Assembly (NCBI GenBank): GCA_963719495.1
Contig: CAVRCI010000002.1
Coordinates: 224,001 to 288,000 of the forward strand
Source of the DNA: an uncultured Verrucomicrobiae bacterium
GTDB taxonomy: Bacteria; Verrucomicrobiota; Verrucomicrobiia; Chthoniobacterales; JAATET01
Direction of reading: 5' to 3'
Length of the DNA: 64,000 bases
Both the position numbers and the translations under genes were made by a program. The notes below the pieces were generated by a model. It worked only from the letters and a program-made list of their open reading frames with translations, was not told the origin of the DNA and searched no databases. Numbering within the stretch: position 1 is the first letter of the stretch; the number at the start of each line of letters is the position of its first letter. Positions 1-8,691 of this stretch are shown one piece after another.

Positions 1-468
<468 letters not shown>

Positions 469-559
469 TCACGCTAAACCCATACGGCAACCATACCGAT
501 ACCGCGGCGCGGGTCTTCGGGCCCGGAGGTCCCGATTCCACCAGCGCTTTGGTTTTGGT

Positions 560-1080
560 CGGTAGTTACTGGCGGACGATGGTGAGGCGTTGCCAGTCGG
601 AGACGATGGCGGGGAGTTCGCTTGCCATCTGGGTGCGCTTGGCGATTTGGACGGCGTTGGCGAGGGCGGGAAGACCGGAGAAGACGCGGCCCAGACCGAC
701 AGTTTGGAGAGTTCAAGTGGCTGGTCGAAGGTGTCGTCGGAGTTGGTGCCGCCGAGGGTGGTGGGACGGAGGTCGTAAAATTCCTCGGGAAGTCGGCGGG
801 ATTCGACCAGATCAGCGGGACGCGGACGACTCTGTCGTGGCACATGAAGGCCTTCTGGCGCGGTCCGCCGTAGGTCACTCCCAGCTCGCCGTGATCGGCG
901 GTGCGGACGATCCAAGTGTTGTCGCGCAAAGCCTGTCCGGTTGGTCCCGTGATCACGTCGAGAATCTGGCCGATTTGGTCGTCGACGATCTTCATGATAT
1001 AGCCGTAAAAATCGATGCAATTACCTATCTGGAAGTAGTTTAATTCCGGAATCGACCCGTTCGAGTGAAGAGCGTCGCCA
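560..1080 (-). pseudogene. Sulfatase C-terminal remnant, frameshifted and deleted
   Basis: One frame reads DFYGYIMKIVDDQIGQILD...NTWIVRTADHGE...VRVPLIWSNP. Another frame continues EEFYDL...PLELSKLS, like the sulfatase C-terminal E-x-YDL..P.E..NL motif. No N-terminal CxPxR domain. Boundaries approximate. Confidence 0.65.
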
Positions 1081-1210
1081 CGTGGGCGGTCGGCACGCCA
1101 AGGTCGCCGGAAGCGGCGGTGAACGCAGCGGCGCCGGCGACCGTTTTCGAAAAGCCGCGCCGGTCGAAGGTGGGCGCGCGGCGAGTGGAGTGTGGCCTAT
1201 TCTCAAAGGG

Positions 1211-1250
1211 AAAATGAACCAGGATTTACAGGATTTAGAGGATGATCAGG
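1211..1250 (+). repeat. 9-mer-periodic repeat, left arm only (AAAATGAACCAGGATTTACAGGATTTAGAGGATGATCAGG)
   Basis: 36/40 identical to 3495-3534. Confidence 0.85.
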
Positions 1251-1475
1251 CCTGACTTACGAGGCAGGGGATCTGTCACCCTGTGGGCGAAAGAAGGGGG
1301 TCGTGGCCGGGATCGCCCGGGCGTTTTTTTTACCGTTCCAGCGGGCGGAAGATCAAAAATCGATGAACGCGGGTGATTTCCCAACGCCGCCGCCGAGGTC
1401 GGGGCTCCCGGCGACCGGATGCCGGGGAGCGCGGGAAACGGAGGACTCGGGAAATCCGCCCGGACATCCGGTGGG

Positions 1476-2426
1476 TTAGAGGAGCCCGGGCCGATGGGTC
1501 GGAATGATGTCCACAACGACGCGTGGCGCGAACTTTTGAAAATCCCGAGCGAGATCGGTGCGAAGTCGGTCCAACTCGGTTGTCCGCGGTGGCTCGGCGT
1601 CCGGTCCGATTTCCACGGTGATCAGGACGTAGATCGAGCGACCGATCTGGACGACGCGAATTCGCGAATCCACGGCCTTCCAGGGGCGAATGGCAGTTTC
1701 GCAGGTCGGGACGATTTGCGCGGTGATCCTCCGATCCGCCGCGGAGAAAACGAGCTGCCCGACGCCTTCCCAAATGGTCCGGAGTGGAACCGGGAGGAGG
1801 AGCAGGACGAGAATGCCGGTGAGGGCGGGGTCGACGGAAGGGACCCAATCGGCGTAGGCGGTTTTTCCGAGAAAAATCCCTCCCGCGAACGCCGTGCCGA
1901 CGAGGCCGCTGAGGATCCCGTCGAAGACCCAGCTCCGGGCGTCGACGGCCAGCAGGCTCGATCCGGTCTGCCGGGCGGCGCGGCGTTGGTGCCAGGCGAG
2001 CGTCAGGCAGCCGACCGTGCAGATCGCGCTGTAGACGATCGCAATGCCGAAGGCGGGTTCGCGACCTCGGTCGAACAACGCGACCAAGCTGGAGCCGAGT
2101 GCGAAGAGGCAGAGGGTGAGGATGAGGAGGCCCTTGATGGCATTGAGGAGCGGCTCGTAGCTGGCGTAACCGAAGGGGTGGGTGTCGTCGTCGGGGCGGG
2201 TGACCATTCGGCTGACCTTGAGCGCGAGGATGGCGATGATGCCGGAGATGACGGAATAAAAACCGTCGAGCAGGATGGCGTTCGAGTGCGTGATCGCGGC
2301 GAATCCGACACCGAGCGCGCCGAAGACGCCGTAGCCGAGGATGGAGCGCCGAAGGGCGGCGGTCTCGACGGCGGCGGCCTCGATGGCGGCGAGTGGGTCC
2401 GGCGGGGAGGTGGGGTCGACGGTCAT
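1476..2426 (-). CDS. Cation diffusion facilitator (CDF) family transporter
   Basis: S-x-AILLDGFYS, 'PDDDTHPFGYASYEPL', several TM helices and a C-terminal dimerisation domain. Start placed at ATG 2426 (MTVDPT); the longer ORF overlaps the upstream gene. Confidence 0.88.
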   Translation of the reverse strand: MTVDPTSPPDPLAAIEAAAVETAALRRSILGYGVFGALGVGFAAITHSNAILLDGFYSVISGIIAILALKVSRMVTRPDDDTHPFGYASYEPLLNAIKGLLILTLCLFALGSSLVALFDRGREPAFGIAIVYSAICTVGCLTLAWHQRRAARQTGSSLLAVDARSWVFDGILSGLVGTAFAGGIFLGKTAYADWVPSVDPALTGILVLLLLPVPLRTIWEGVGQLVFSAADRRITAQIVPTCETAIRPWKAVDSRIRVVQIGRSIYVLITVEIGPDAEPPRTTELDRLRTDLARDFQKFAPRVVVDIIPTHRPGLL

Positions 2427-2562
2427 GGCGCCAGGGTCCCGCGGGTCGACCGCGGGTCGGGTTGGAGTCCGATCAAGACAATGCCGATCCGGCGACGGAC
2501 GACTCCTTCGCTCGGCGACCGATGGGACCAGGGGTGGCCCAGCAAGCGTGGTGTCCCGTAAG

Positions 2563-3129
2563 TCATTCCCGATGTTCCCGGAAGAGTTGCTCGAGTCTTT
2601 GCAGCGACTCGGGTTCTTCCTTGAGCTCGAGCAGGGGGGCGAGCTCGGCGCGGACGAGATCGAGGTCGAGCCGGTCTGGCCGAACCAAGAGGATCCCTTC
2701 GATGTCGAGCCAGTCGCGGTCTCGACCGGCAAAGGCTTTGTGAACGATGAGATCCTCCGCGCTGCAGGTCGTCAGCGAGATGCCACCGGGCAGCGACCAG
2801 GCGGAGCTCCGGGCCACGCTGTTTTCCTCGAAGGGCATGGCGCCGAGGGCGACGTCGAGCGGGACGCCGTTCGAGGCGGAGAGCAGGACGACCCGGTAGC
2901 GAAGCGCGAAGGCCGCGGTGTCCGGGCGACGTCCGGTGAACCGAGCCAGGAGGGCTTCGACAAAAGGCTCTTCGTTTCCGAATCCGGTGACGAGGGTGAG
3001 GTCGGCGTCCTGGGTGTTGCGTGGCTCGCCCCAGCGCTGAACGGCCAGACCCCCGATGAAGCAAAATCGCCAGCCGTTTGCCGCGCAAAAGAGCTGAAGT
3101 TCGTGCGCCGCTTCCAGGACTGGATTCAT
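2563..3129 (-). CDS. Nucleotidyltransferase, AbiEii/MenT-like toxin family
   Basis: FIGGLAVQRWGEPRNTQDADL (GG...R-x-T-x-D-x-D) and EDLIVHKAFAGRDRDWLD. AAGGAG lies upstream of ATG 3129, with an ATGA overlap to the upstream small gene. Confidence 0.85.
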   Translation of the reverse strand: MNPVLEAAHELQLFCAANGWRFCFIGGLAVQRWGEPRNTQDADLTLVTGFGNEEPFVEALLARFTGRRPDTAAFALRYRVVLLSASNGVPLDVALGAMPFEENSVARSSAWSLPGGISLTTCSAEDLIVHKAFAGRDRDWLDIEGILLVRPDRLDLDLVRAELAPLLELKEEPESLQRLEQLFREHRE

Positions 3130-3479
3130 TTCGAAAGCTCCTTTAAAAAGATCGATTGTTGAATTGCGAAGCCGCAATCGGCGCCATCGGCCCGGCGGGC
3201 GCGGCGCCGACGGGCGGGGGCGTCGGGGTCGACGAAGAACGAAGCGGCGATGGCGGCGTTTTTCGTTTCGTCCAAGGCGCGCAGCTCGTCGGCTCGGACG
3301 GCAGCCAGTGCGGGGCCGGCGGCTTTCCACTGGGCGGCCCAAGTTTTTGCGTCCTCGGCGTCCACGTCGCGGATGCTAGCGGTGAGGTCGGCGGGTGGCA
3401 CGGTCTTTGTCGATGCGGACGGATCGAAGTCCCCGGACGTGAGCAAGTCATAAGCTTTCCCCGGAAATTGCGCGCTCAC
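3126..3479 (-). CDS. Small helical hypothetical protein, putative antitoxin/partner of the downstream nucleotidyltransferase (start uncertain)
   Basis: Stop overlaps the NTase start (ATGA). Core reads AKTWAAQWKAAGPALAAVRADELRALD. Confidence 0.65.
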   Translation of the reverse strand: MSAQFPGKAYDLLTSGDFDPSASTKTVPPADLTASIRDVDAEDAKTWAAQWKAAGPALAAVRADELRALDETKNAAIAASFFVDPDAPARRRRARRADGADCGFAIQQSIFLKELSK

Positions 3480-3494
3480 CTCCTCCTGAAAAGA

Positions 3495-3633
3495 AAAATG
3501 AGACAGGATTTACAGGATTTACGGGATGATCAGGAATGATTGATGAGGCGTGGATCGGTCGCCCAGTGAGTGAGCGGGGACATTGTTCGGAGTCACTGAA
3601 ATTCAATCCTTCCAATCCTGTGGATCCTGTCCA
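3495..3633. repeat. MITE-like element with 9-mer-periodic inverted arms
   Basis: Left arm GACAGGATTTACAGGATTTACGGGATG; right arm GAAATTCAATCCTTCCAATCCTGTGGATCCTGTCCA (3598-3633); sister copy at 21897-21991. Confidence 0.85.
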
Positions 3634-3720
3634 TTCCCCGATTTAGGGTGATCCCGCTACCGCCCGTCGCGTTCGCTGCCGGGTGAACGTGAGGAAAAGA
3701 CAACCGCCGGATCGGCGACC

Positions 3721-5112
3721 CTACTTCGCGCCGAAGCCGAAGAGGACGACCGGACCGGTGCGGATGAGGATCCAGAGATCGAGGCCGAGGGACCAGTTGT
3801 CGATGTATTCAACGTCCATTTTGACCCAATCGTCGAATTTCGTCACTTGGCTGCGACCGCGGATCTGCCAGATGCAGGTCAGGCCGGGCTTCATGCTGAG
3901 ACGGCGGCGGTGGGCGGCGGATTCGAATTGCGCGACTTCGTAGAGCGGGAGCGGGCGGGGGCCGACGAGCGACATGTGGCCGAGGAGGATGTTGAGCAGC
4001 TGGGGCAGTTCGTCGATGCTGGTCTTGCGGAGCCACCGGCCGAGCGGAGTCACGCGGGGGTCGTCTTCGAGTTTGAAGACGGGACCGCTCATGAGATTGA
4101 AGGCCTCGAACTCGGCGCGGCGCATCTCGGCGTCGCTGCGCATGGAGCGGAATTTGAACATCGTGAAGGCGCGCCCGTGGCGACCGGCGCGTTGTTGCCG
4201 AAAGACCGCGGGGCCGGGCGACGTGACCTTGATGAGCGCGGCGACGAGCAGGAGGAAGGGAAACAGGAAAACAAGAGCCAGGCCGGCGACCGTGCGGTCG
4301 AAGACGCTCTTGACGATGAGGGCGTAGGAAATGTCGGGGGTGGTGCGGAAAACGAGCATCGGGCGGGTGGCGAGCACCTCGTAGGTGGGGCGGGCGATGG
4401 ACGTGCGGATGAAATCGGCGCAGAGCCAGGCCTCGACGCCCTCGACCTCGCAGGCGGCGATCGCCTTCTGGACGGAGCTGAGTTCCAGGCGATTGAAGGC
4501 GAGGACGACGCGTCCGACCGAGTGAGCGTGCAGCGCGTGGACGAGGGCGGACGTGTCGTTGGCTTCGAGGTCGATCCGCTCGATGACGGCGATCTCGAGT
4601 CGCTGCGTCTCGGTGAAGGCGGCTTCGAGCTCGGCCATTTTGGCGGGTTCGCCCGCGATGAGGATGCGTTCGGCGACGAAACCTCCGGCGAGCCGACGCT
4701 TGTAGATGGCGGTGAAGATTTTTTCCTTCCCGACGAGCAGGAGCGCGGAGGTGACGGCAAAAAGGATCGCGACCGAGCGGCTGGGGAATTCCAGCTTGAA
4801 AAGGAAGCCGCTGACGGCGACCAGGACGAAGAGCCAGACCCCGGCACGGACGATCTGGGTGAGGGATTTCCAAAGGGATTTTTCGAGCGGGTAGTAGTAG
4901 AATCCCTGGAGTTCGAGCAGGAAGGGGCCGAAGGGAATGATGACCGCCAGCGCCCAGAAGAAAAAGTTGAAGGACGGGATCTCCGGCGAGTCGTCGAGAC
5001 TGACGATGCCGTGAAAACGGAGCTGATGGCTGATCCAAAAAGCGAGGCCCAGGAGGAGGGCGTCAACGAGTTCGTTGAGTTGAAGATTGATTTCCCGTTT
5101 TCGCGCTAACAT
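3721..5112 (-). CDS. Polyprenyl-phosphate glycosylphosphotransferase (WcaJ/WbaP-type sugar transferase)
   Basis: N-terminal TM helices; C-terminal KFRSM, DDPRVTPLGRWLRKTSIDELPQL, MSLVGPRP and KPGLTCIWQ. Start placed at ATG 5112. Confidence 0.95.
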   Translation of the reverse strand: MLARKREINLQLNELVDALLLGLAFWISHQLRFHGIVSLDDSPEIPSFNFFFWALAVIIPFGPFLLELQGFYYYPLEKSLWKSLTQIVRAGVWLFVLVAVSGFLFKLEFPSRSVAILFAVTSALLLVGKEKIFTAIYKRRLAGGFVAERILIAGEPAKMAELEAAFTETQRLEIAVIERIDLEANDTSALVHALHAHSVGRVVLAFNRLELSSVQKAIAACEVEGVEAWLCADFIRTSIARPTYEVLATRPMLVFRTTPDISYALIVKSVFDRTVAGLALVFLFPFLLLVAALIKVTSPGPAVFRQQRAGRHGRAFTMFKFRSMRSDAEMRRAEFEAFNLMSGPVFKLEDDPRVTPLGRWLRKTSIDELPQLLNILLGHMSLVGPRPLPLYEVAQFESAAHRRRLSMKPGLTCIWQIRGRSQVTKFDDWVKMDVEYIDNWSLGLDLWILIRTGPVVLFGFGAK

Positions 5113-5160
5113 AACGTGCCCCGCTGGTGGCGGAGACCACGGCACTAGATTTCAGCACAG

Positions 5161-5856
5161 ATGATGCGTCAAAGGAAAAGACCGTTACGCCTGGACCGGG
5201 CGAATGTCGTCGGGGTGATCGAGTCGCGACGCGGTTTCGCGGCGGCGAGGCGGTTGGCCGAGCGGGAGCTCGACGCCGTGGAGCTGCGGTTGGATTTGTT
5301 CGGGTCGGTCCCGCGGATCGAGACGCTCATGGCGCTGCCGGTGCCGATCATCGCGACGGTGCGGAGCGAGCGCGAAGGTGGGGCGGCTGGGATCGACGAT
5401 GCGCGGCGGGCGGACCTTTACCGTGGGGTGCTTGGGGTGGTGAAGGCGATCGACCTGGAATTGTCTTCCCTGCCGGCGATGGAAGCCGTGGCGCGAGCGG
5501 CCAAATCGGCAAAGCAGCGGGTGATCGCGTCGGCCCACGATTTCGAAGGCGCTCCCGACCGGCGGAGCTTGCGCGAGATGGCGAAGCGGGCGGTAGGGGC
5601 CGGGGCGGACGTGCTGAAGGTGGCGTTCACCGCGGGGCGGATCGCGGAATTGTCTCCCGCGCTGGAATTCCTGGAAGAGGCGCCGCTCCCGGTGGCCGTC
5701 ATGGCGATGGGGCGTTACGGGAAGGTGTCGCGGCTGCTCTTCGCGGCGGGCGGCTCGGTGCTCAACTACGGCTGGATCGAGCGTCCGGTCGTGGTGGGGC
5801 AATGGTCGGCCGCGGAGCTGCGGACGCGGCTCGATGAGCTCGCGAGGATGCGCTGA
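5161..5856 (+). CDS. aroD: Type I 3-dehydroquinate dehydratase
   Basis: DAVELRLD, IATVRSEREGG, IDLEL, SAHDF, DVLKVA (Schiff-base Lys), AMGRYGKVSR, PxxxGQ. Confidence 0.9.
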   Translation: MMRQRKRPLRLDRANVVGVIESRRGFAAARRLAERELDAVELRLDLFGSVPRIETLMALPVPIIATVRSEREGGAAGIDDARRADLYRGVLGVVKAIDLELSSLPAMEAVARAAKSAKQRVIASAHDFEGAPDRRSLREMAKRAVGAGADVLKVAFTAGRIAELSPALEFLEEAPLPVAVMAMGRYGKVSRLLFAAGGSVLNYGWIERPVVVGQWSAAELRTRLDELARMR

Positions 5857-5859
5857 GGA

Positions 5860-6744
5860 GTGGCGGATCGGGAATGGCTCCTGGCACTGCCCGCCGGGTC
5901 GGCCCTGCTCTACGTCGTCGCGGCGCTGTTGCTCAAAAGGTCGATTCTGGGGGGAGCCGGGCAGGCGCAGGTCAATTTGGTCGTCAACGTCGCGGCGGCG
6001 GTCTTGTTTTCACCGCTCGCGTTTTTCGCGAGCGGGGTCGACTGGGGACTCGCTTGGATGCCGGTCACCGCGGGCGTGACGTTCTTTTTCGGACAGATTT
6101 TTACCTTTCAAGCGCTGCGCCACGGCGACGTTTCCGTGGCGACACCGCTGCTCGGAATGAAGGTGCTCTTCATTGCGGCGGTGAGTGCGGTGATTTTCGG
6201 CGAGGCGTTGGAGCTGCGCTGGTGGGTGGGGGCGGCGGCGAGTTCGTTGGGCGTGATTCTGGTGACGGGCGCGACGTGGCGGACGCTGGGGCCGCGGCTG
6301 TTCCGGGCCGATGCGGTGATGTCGGTGGCGGCGGCGGTGGCGTTCGCGTTCACGGACGTCTTCGTGCAGCAGTGGGCTCCGAAGTTTGGGGTGGCGGCTT
6401 TCATTCCGCTCATGTTCGGGGTGGTGGCGGTTCTTTCGGTGGCGGTCTTCGTCCCGTCGCGCGGGGTGGCGGTTTTTCAAATTCCCAGCGCGGCGAGAAT
6501 TCCACTGGCTCTGGGCAGCCTGGTGCTGAGCGTGCAGGCGCTCGGAATGGCGCTGGCCTTGAGCCATTACGGTAACGCGACGGCGGTGAACATCGTCTAT
6601 TCGTCCCGTTCCGTGTGGAGCGTGGTGCTGGCGGCGGTGCTGGGACGCTACCTGATGTGGACCGAAGGCGGCGAAGGCGGAATGGGGCGGCGGCTGGCGG
6701 GATCGATCCTGCTTTTCGCGGCGGTTGTGCTGGTCCTACTGTAG
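5860..6744 (+). CDS. DMT/EamA family membrane transporter
   Basis: About 10 hydrophobic helices in two repeats; ALRHGDVSVATPL. Confidence 0.8.
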   Translation: MADREWLLALPAGSALLYVVAALLLKRSILGGAGQAQVNLVVNVAAAVLFSPLAFFASGVDWGLAWMPVTAGVTFFFGQIFTFQALRHGDVSVATPLLGMKVLFIAAVSAVIFGEALELRWWVGAAASSLGVILVTGATWRTLGPRLFRADAVMSVAAAVAFAFTDVFVQQWAPKFGVAAFIPLMFGVVAVLSVAVFVPSRGVAVFQIPSAARIPLALGSLVLSVQALGMALALSHYGNATAVNIVYSSRSVWSVVLAAVLGRYLMWTEGGEGGMGRRLAGSILLFAAVVLVLL

Positions 6745-6750
6745 GAGTTG

Positions 6751-7773
6751 ATGCGGGAGATCAGCAAAAAATTGCGGGACGGCGGAAATCTAGGCGGTCC
6801 GGAGGTGGCGGAGGTTTGTCGGTATCTCATGGATGAAGCGGCGGGCGTCGAAGAGCGGGCGGCGGTGCTCGAGGCGCTCACGGCGAAGGGCGAGACGGCG
6901 GAGGAAATCGCGTGGTTTGTACGGACGCTGATCGCTCACGCTCGTCCCATCGAAATCACGAGCGAGCGACCAATCATGGATATCTGCGGGACCGGCGGGG
7001 ACAAGCTGGGCCTTTTCAACGTGTCGACGGCGGCGATGTTTCTGGTGGCGGCGGCGGGGGTGACGGTCGTGAAGCACGGGAATCGGGGAATCACTTCGAA
7101 GTGCGGGGGCGCCGACGTGCTCGAGGCTCTGGGCGTCGACATCGAATTGCCGCCGGAGCGGGCGGCGGCGATGGCGGCGGACGTGGGGTGCGTGTTTTTG
7201 TTTGCCCCGGCTTATCATCCGGCTTTTCGGGCGATCGGGCCGGTGCGGGCCGCGCTGGCCAAGCGCGGGGTGGCAACGGTGTTTAATAAATTGGGACCGT
7301 TACTCAATCCGGCGGCTCCACCGCGGCAACTGGCCGGTGTCTTCGAGCAGGGAATGACTTCGGTCTACGCCGAGGTTTTTCGGGAGCTCGGCCGGGAGAA
7401 GACGTGGGCGGTGCACGGCGAGACGCCGGTGGGCGGACTGGACGAGATGTCGACGCTGGGGGACACGCGGGTGGTCGAACTGTCAGGCGTCGAGATCGAA
7501 TCTTTCACCGTGAGTGCGGCGTCGCACGGGATCGTGGCGCCGGATCTCGCTGAGCTGCTCGGCGGCGGGGCGGCTGAAAATTCCCGGAAATTGGAAGCCC
7601 TCGTTCGCGGGAAGCTCCCGGGGCCGGTCGAGGATCTGGTGTGCTGGAACGCGGCGGGCGCGCTGGTCGTGGCGGGGATCGCGGCGGATCTGGGTGTCGG
7701 GCTGGAACTGGCGAGACGGGTGATCGCGGATGGCGGGGCCGCGGCCCGGTTGGACGCGCTGCGGGCGGCTTGA
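6751..7773 (+). CDS. trpD: Anthranilate phosphoribosyltransferase
   Basis: DICGTGGD, FNVST, KHGNRGITSKCGGADVLEALG, FLFAPAYHP, FNKLGPLLNP, GLDE. Confidence 0.97.
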   Translation: MREISKKLRDGGNLGGPEVAEVCRYLMDEAAGVEERAAVLEALTAKGETAEEIAWFVRTLIAHARPIEITSERPIMDICGTGGDKLGLFNVSTAAMFLVAAAGVTVVKHGNRGITSKCGGADVLEALGVDIELPPERAAAMAADVGCVFLFAPAYHPAFRAIGPVRAALAKRGVATVFNKLGPLLNPAAPPRQLAGVFEQGMTSVYAEVFRELGREKTWAVHGETPVGGLDEMSTLGDTRVVELSGVEIESFTVSAASHGIVAPDLAELLGGGAAENSRKLEALVRGKLPGPVEDLVCWNAAGALVVAGIAADLGVGLELARRVIADGGAAARLDALRAA

Positions 7774-7775
7774 GT

Positions 7776-8531
7776 TCAGAGCGTTCCGCGCTCGGCGCGG
7801 CGGAAGGCCTCGAGTTCGCGCTTGAGCGGTTCCCAATAGGCGCGGTCCTTCGCCTGCTCGGTGCGGACCTCGGCGTCGAGGTCGGTGCGGAGGGCATCGA
7901 GGTCGCCGGAGATGGCGTGGGCGAGGAGCGGGCGGCGGGGCAGGACGCTGGAAGTCTCGGCGGGGAAGCGGTCGGTGAGCTCGATCAGTCGCTCCGACGT
8001 GCGAATCTCGGACAGCCAGAACTCGATGCGGTCCGCGGTGGGCTCCGCGTCATTGGCGACGAAATGGTTTTCGACGAGCGCGGTGATGACGGGCCAATCC
8101 TTTTCCCGCTGGGTTTTCTTGGCTTTGACCAGGTCCGGGATCGAGAGGAGCTGACAATCCTCGCCGGTCGGCAATGTGATCGTGGCTCGGCGTTCCCAAA
8201 GTTCGGGAAACGGATCGAGATCCCGCAAACGGGTCATGACGTCGACCCGTAGACCTTCCGCCTCCGGAATTCGGCATCGGTAGTGAACAGCGTGTCCGGT
8301 CGCAAGAATCTCGGGCGCGAAGGGCGGAACGGCAATTCGGTCCGCCTTTAAATCGCTGAGGGCCGCGTGCAGCCGGTCGAAGTTGTCCTCGTCGCCCAGC
8401 AGGACGAAGTCGACGTCCTTGCTAAATTGGGCCGCGCCGTAGAACACGCAGGCCTGACCGCCCATAAGCAACGCCTCGACTCGATGTCGCTGGATCGTAG
8501 AAAGGACTTGTCGGATCGGGGTCGGGATCAA
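7776..8531 (-). CDS. Nucleotidyltransferase-fold protein (AbiEii/MenT-like)
   Basis: LLMGGQACVFYGAAQFSKDVDF, RVDVM, DLVKAKKTQREKDW; AGGAGG 5 nt upstream of the TTG start. Confidence 0.8.
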   Translation of the reverse strand: MIPTPIRQVLSTIQRHRVEALLMGGQACVFYGAAQFSKDVDFVLLGDEDNFDRLHAALSDLKADRIAVPPFAPEILATGHAVHYRCRIPEAEGLRVDVMTRLRDLDPFPELWERRATITLPTGEDCQLLSIPDLVKAKKTQREKDWPVITALVENHFVANDAEPTADRIEFWLSEIRTSERLIELTDRFPAETSSVLPRRPLLAHAISGDLDALRTDLDAEVRTEQAKDRAYWEPLKRELEAFRRAERGTL

Positions 8532-8646
8532 GGCTGCCTCCTATGGCTAAGTATTGGGCGAAAATTTTTTCACTCTCTTCGAAGCGTTGAATCGGGGTGA
8601 GGTCGACCCACTCCTTCCATTCGTCGGAGAGGTCTTCGTATCGCAT
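8422..8646 (-). CDS. Small acidic hypothetical protein, putative partner of the overlapping nucleotidyltransferase
   Basis: MRYEDLSDEWKEWVDLTPIQRFEESEKIFAQYLAIGGSLDPDPD has a protein-like composition unlike GC shadow ORFs; overlaps the NTase by 110 nt. Confidence 0.7.
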   Translation of the reverse strand: MRYEDLSDEWKEWVDLTPIQRFEESEKIFAQYLAIGGSLDPDPDPTSPFYDPATSSRGVAYGRSGLRVLRRGPI

Positions 8647-8691
8647 TGCCGGGAGTGTCGGGCGGATCGTGCCGTGGCGCAAGCCCGCGAC

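Noticed and set aside
1307..1331. Rho-independent terminator (CCGGG-ATCG-CCCGG...T8) on plus
   Set aside because: The stem is short and there is no supported plus-strand gene upstream to terminate.
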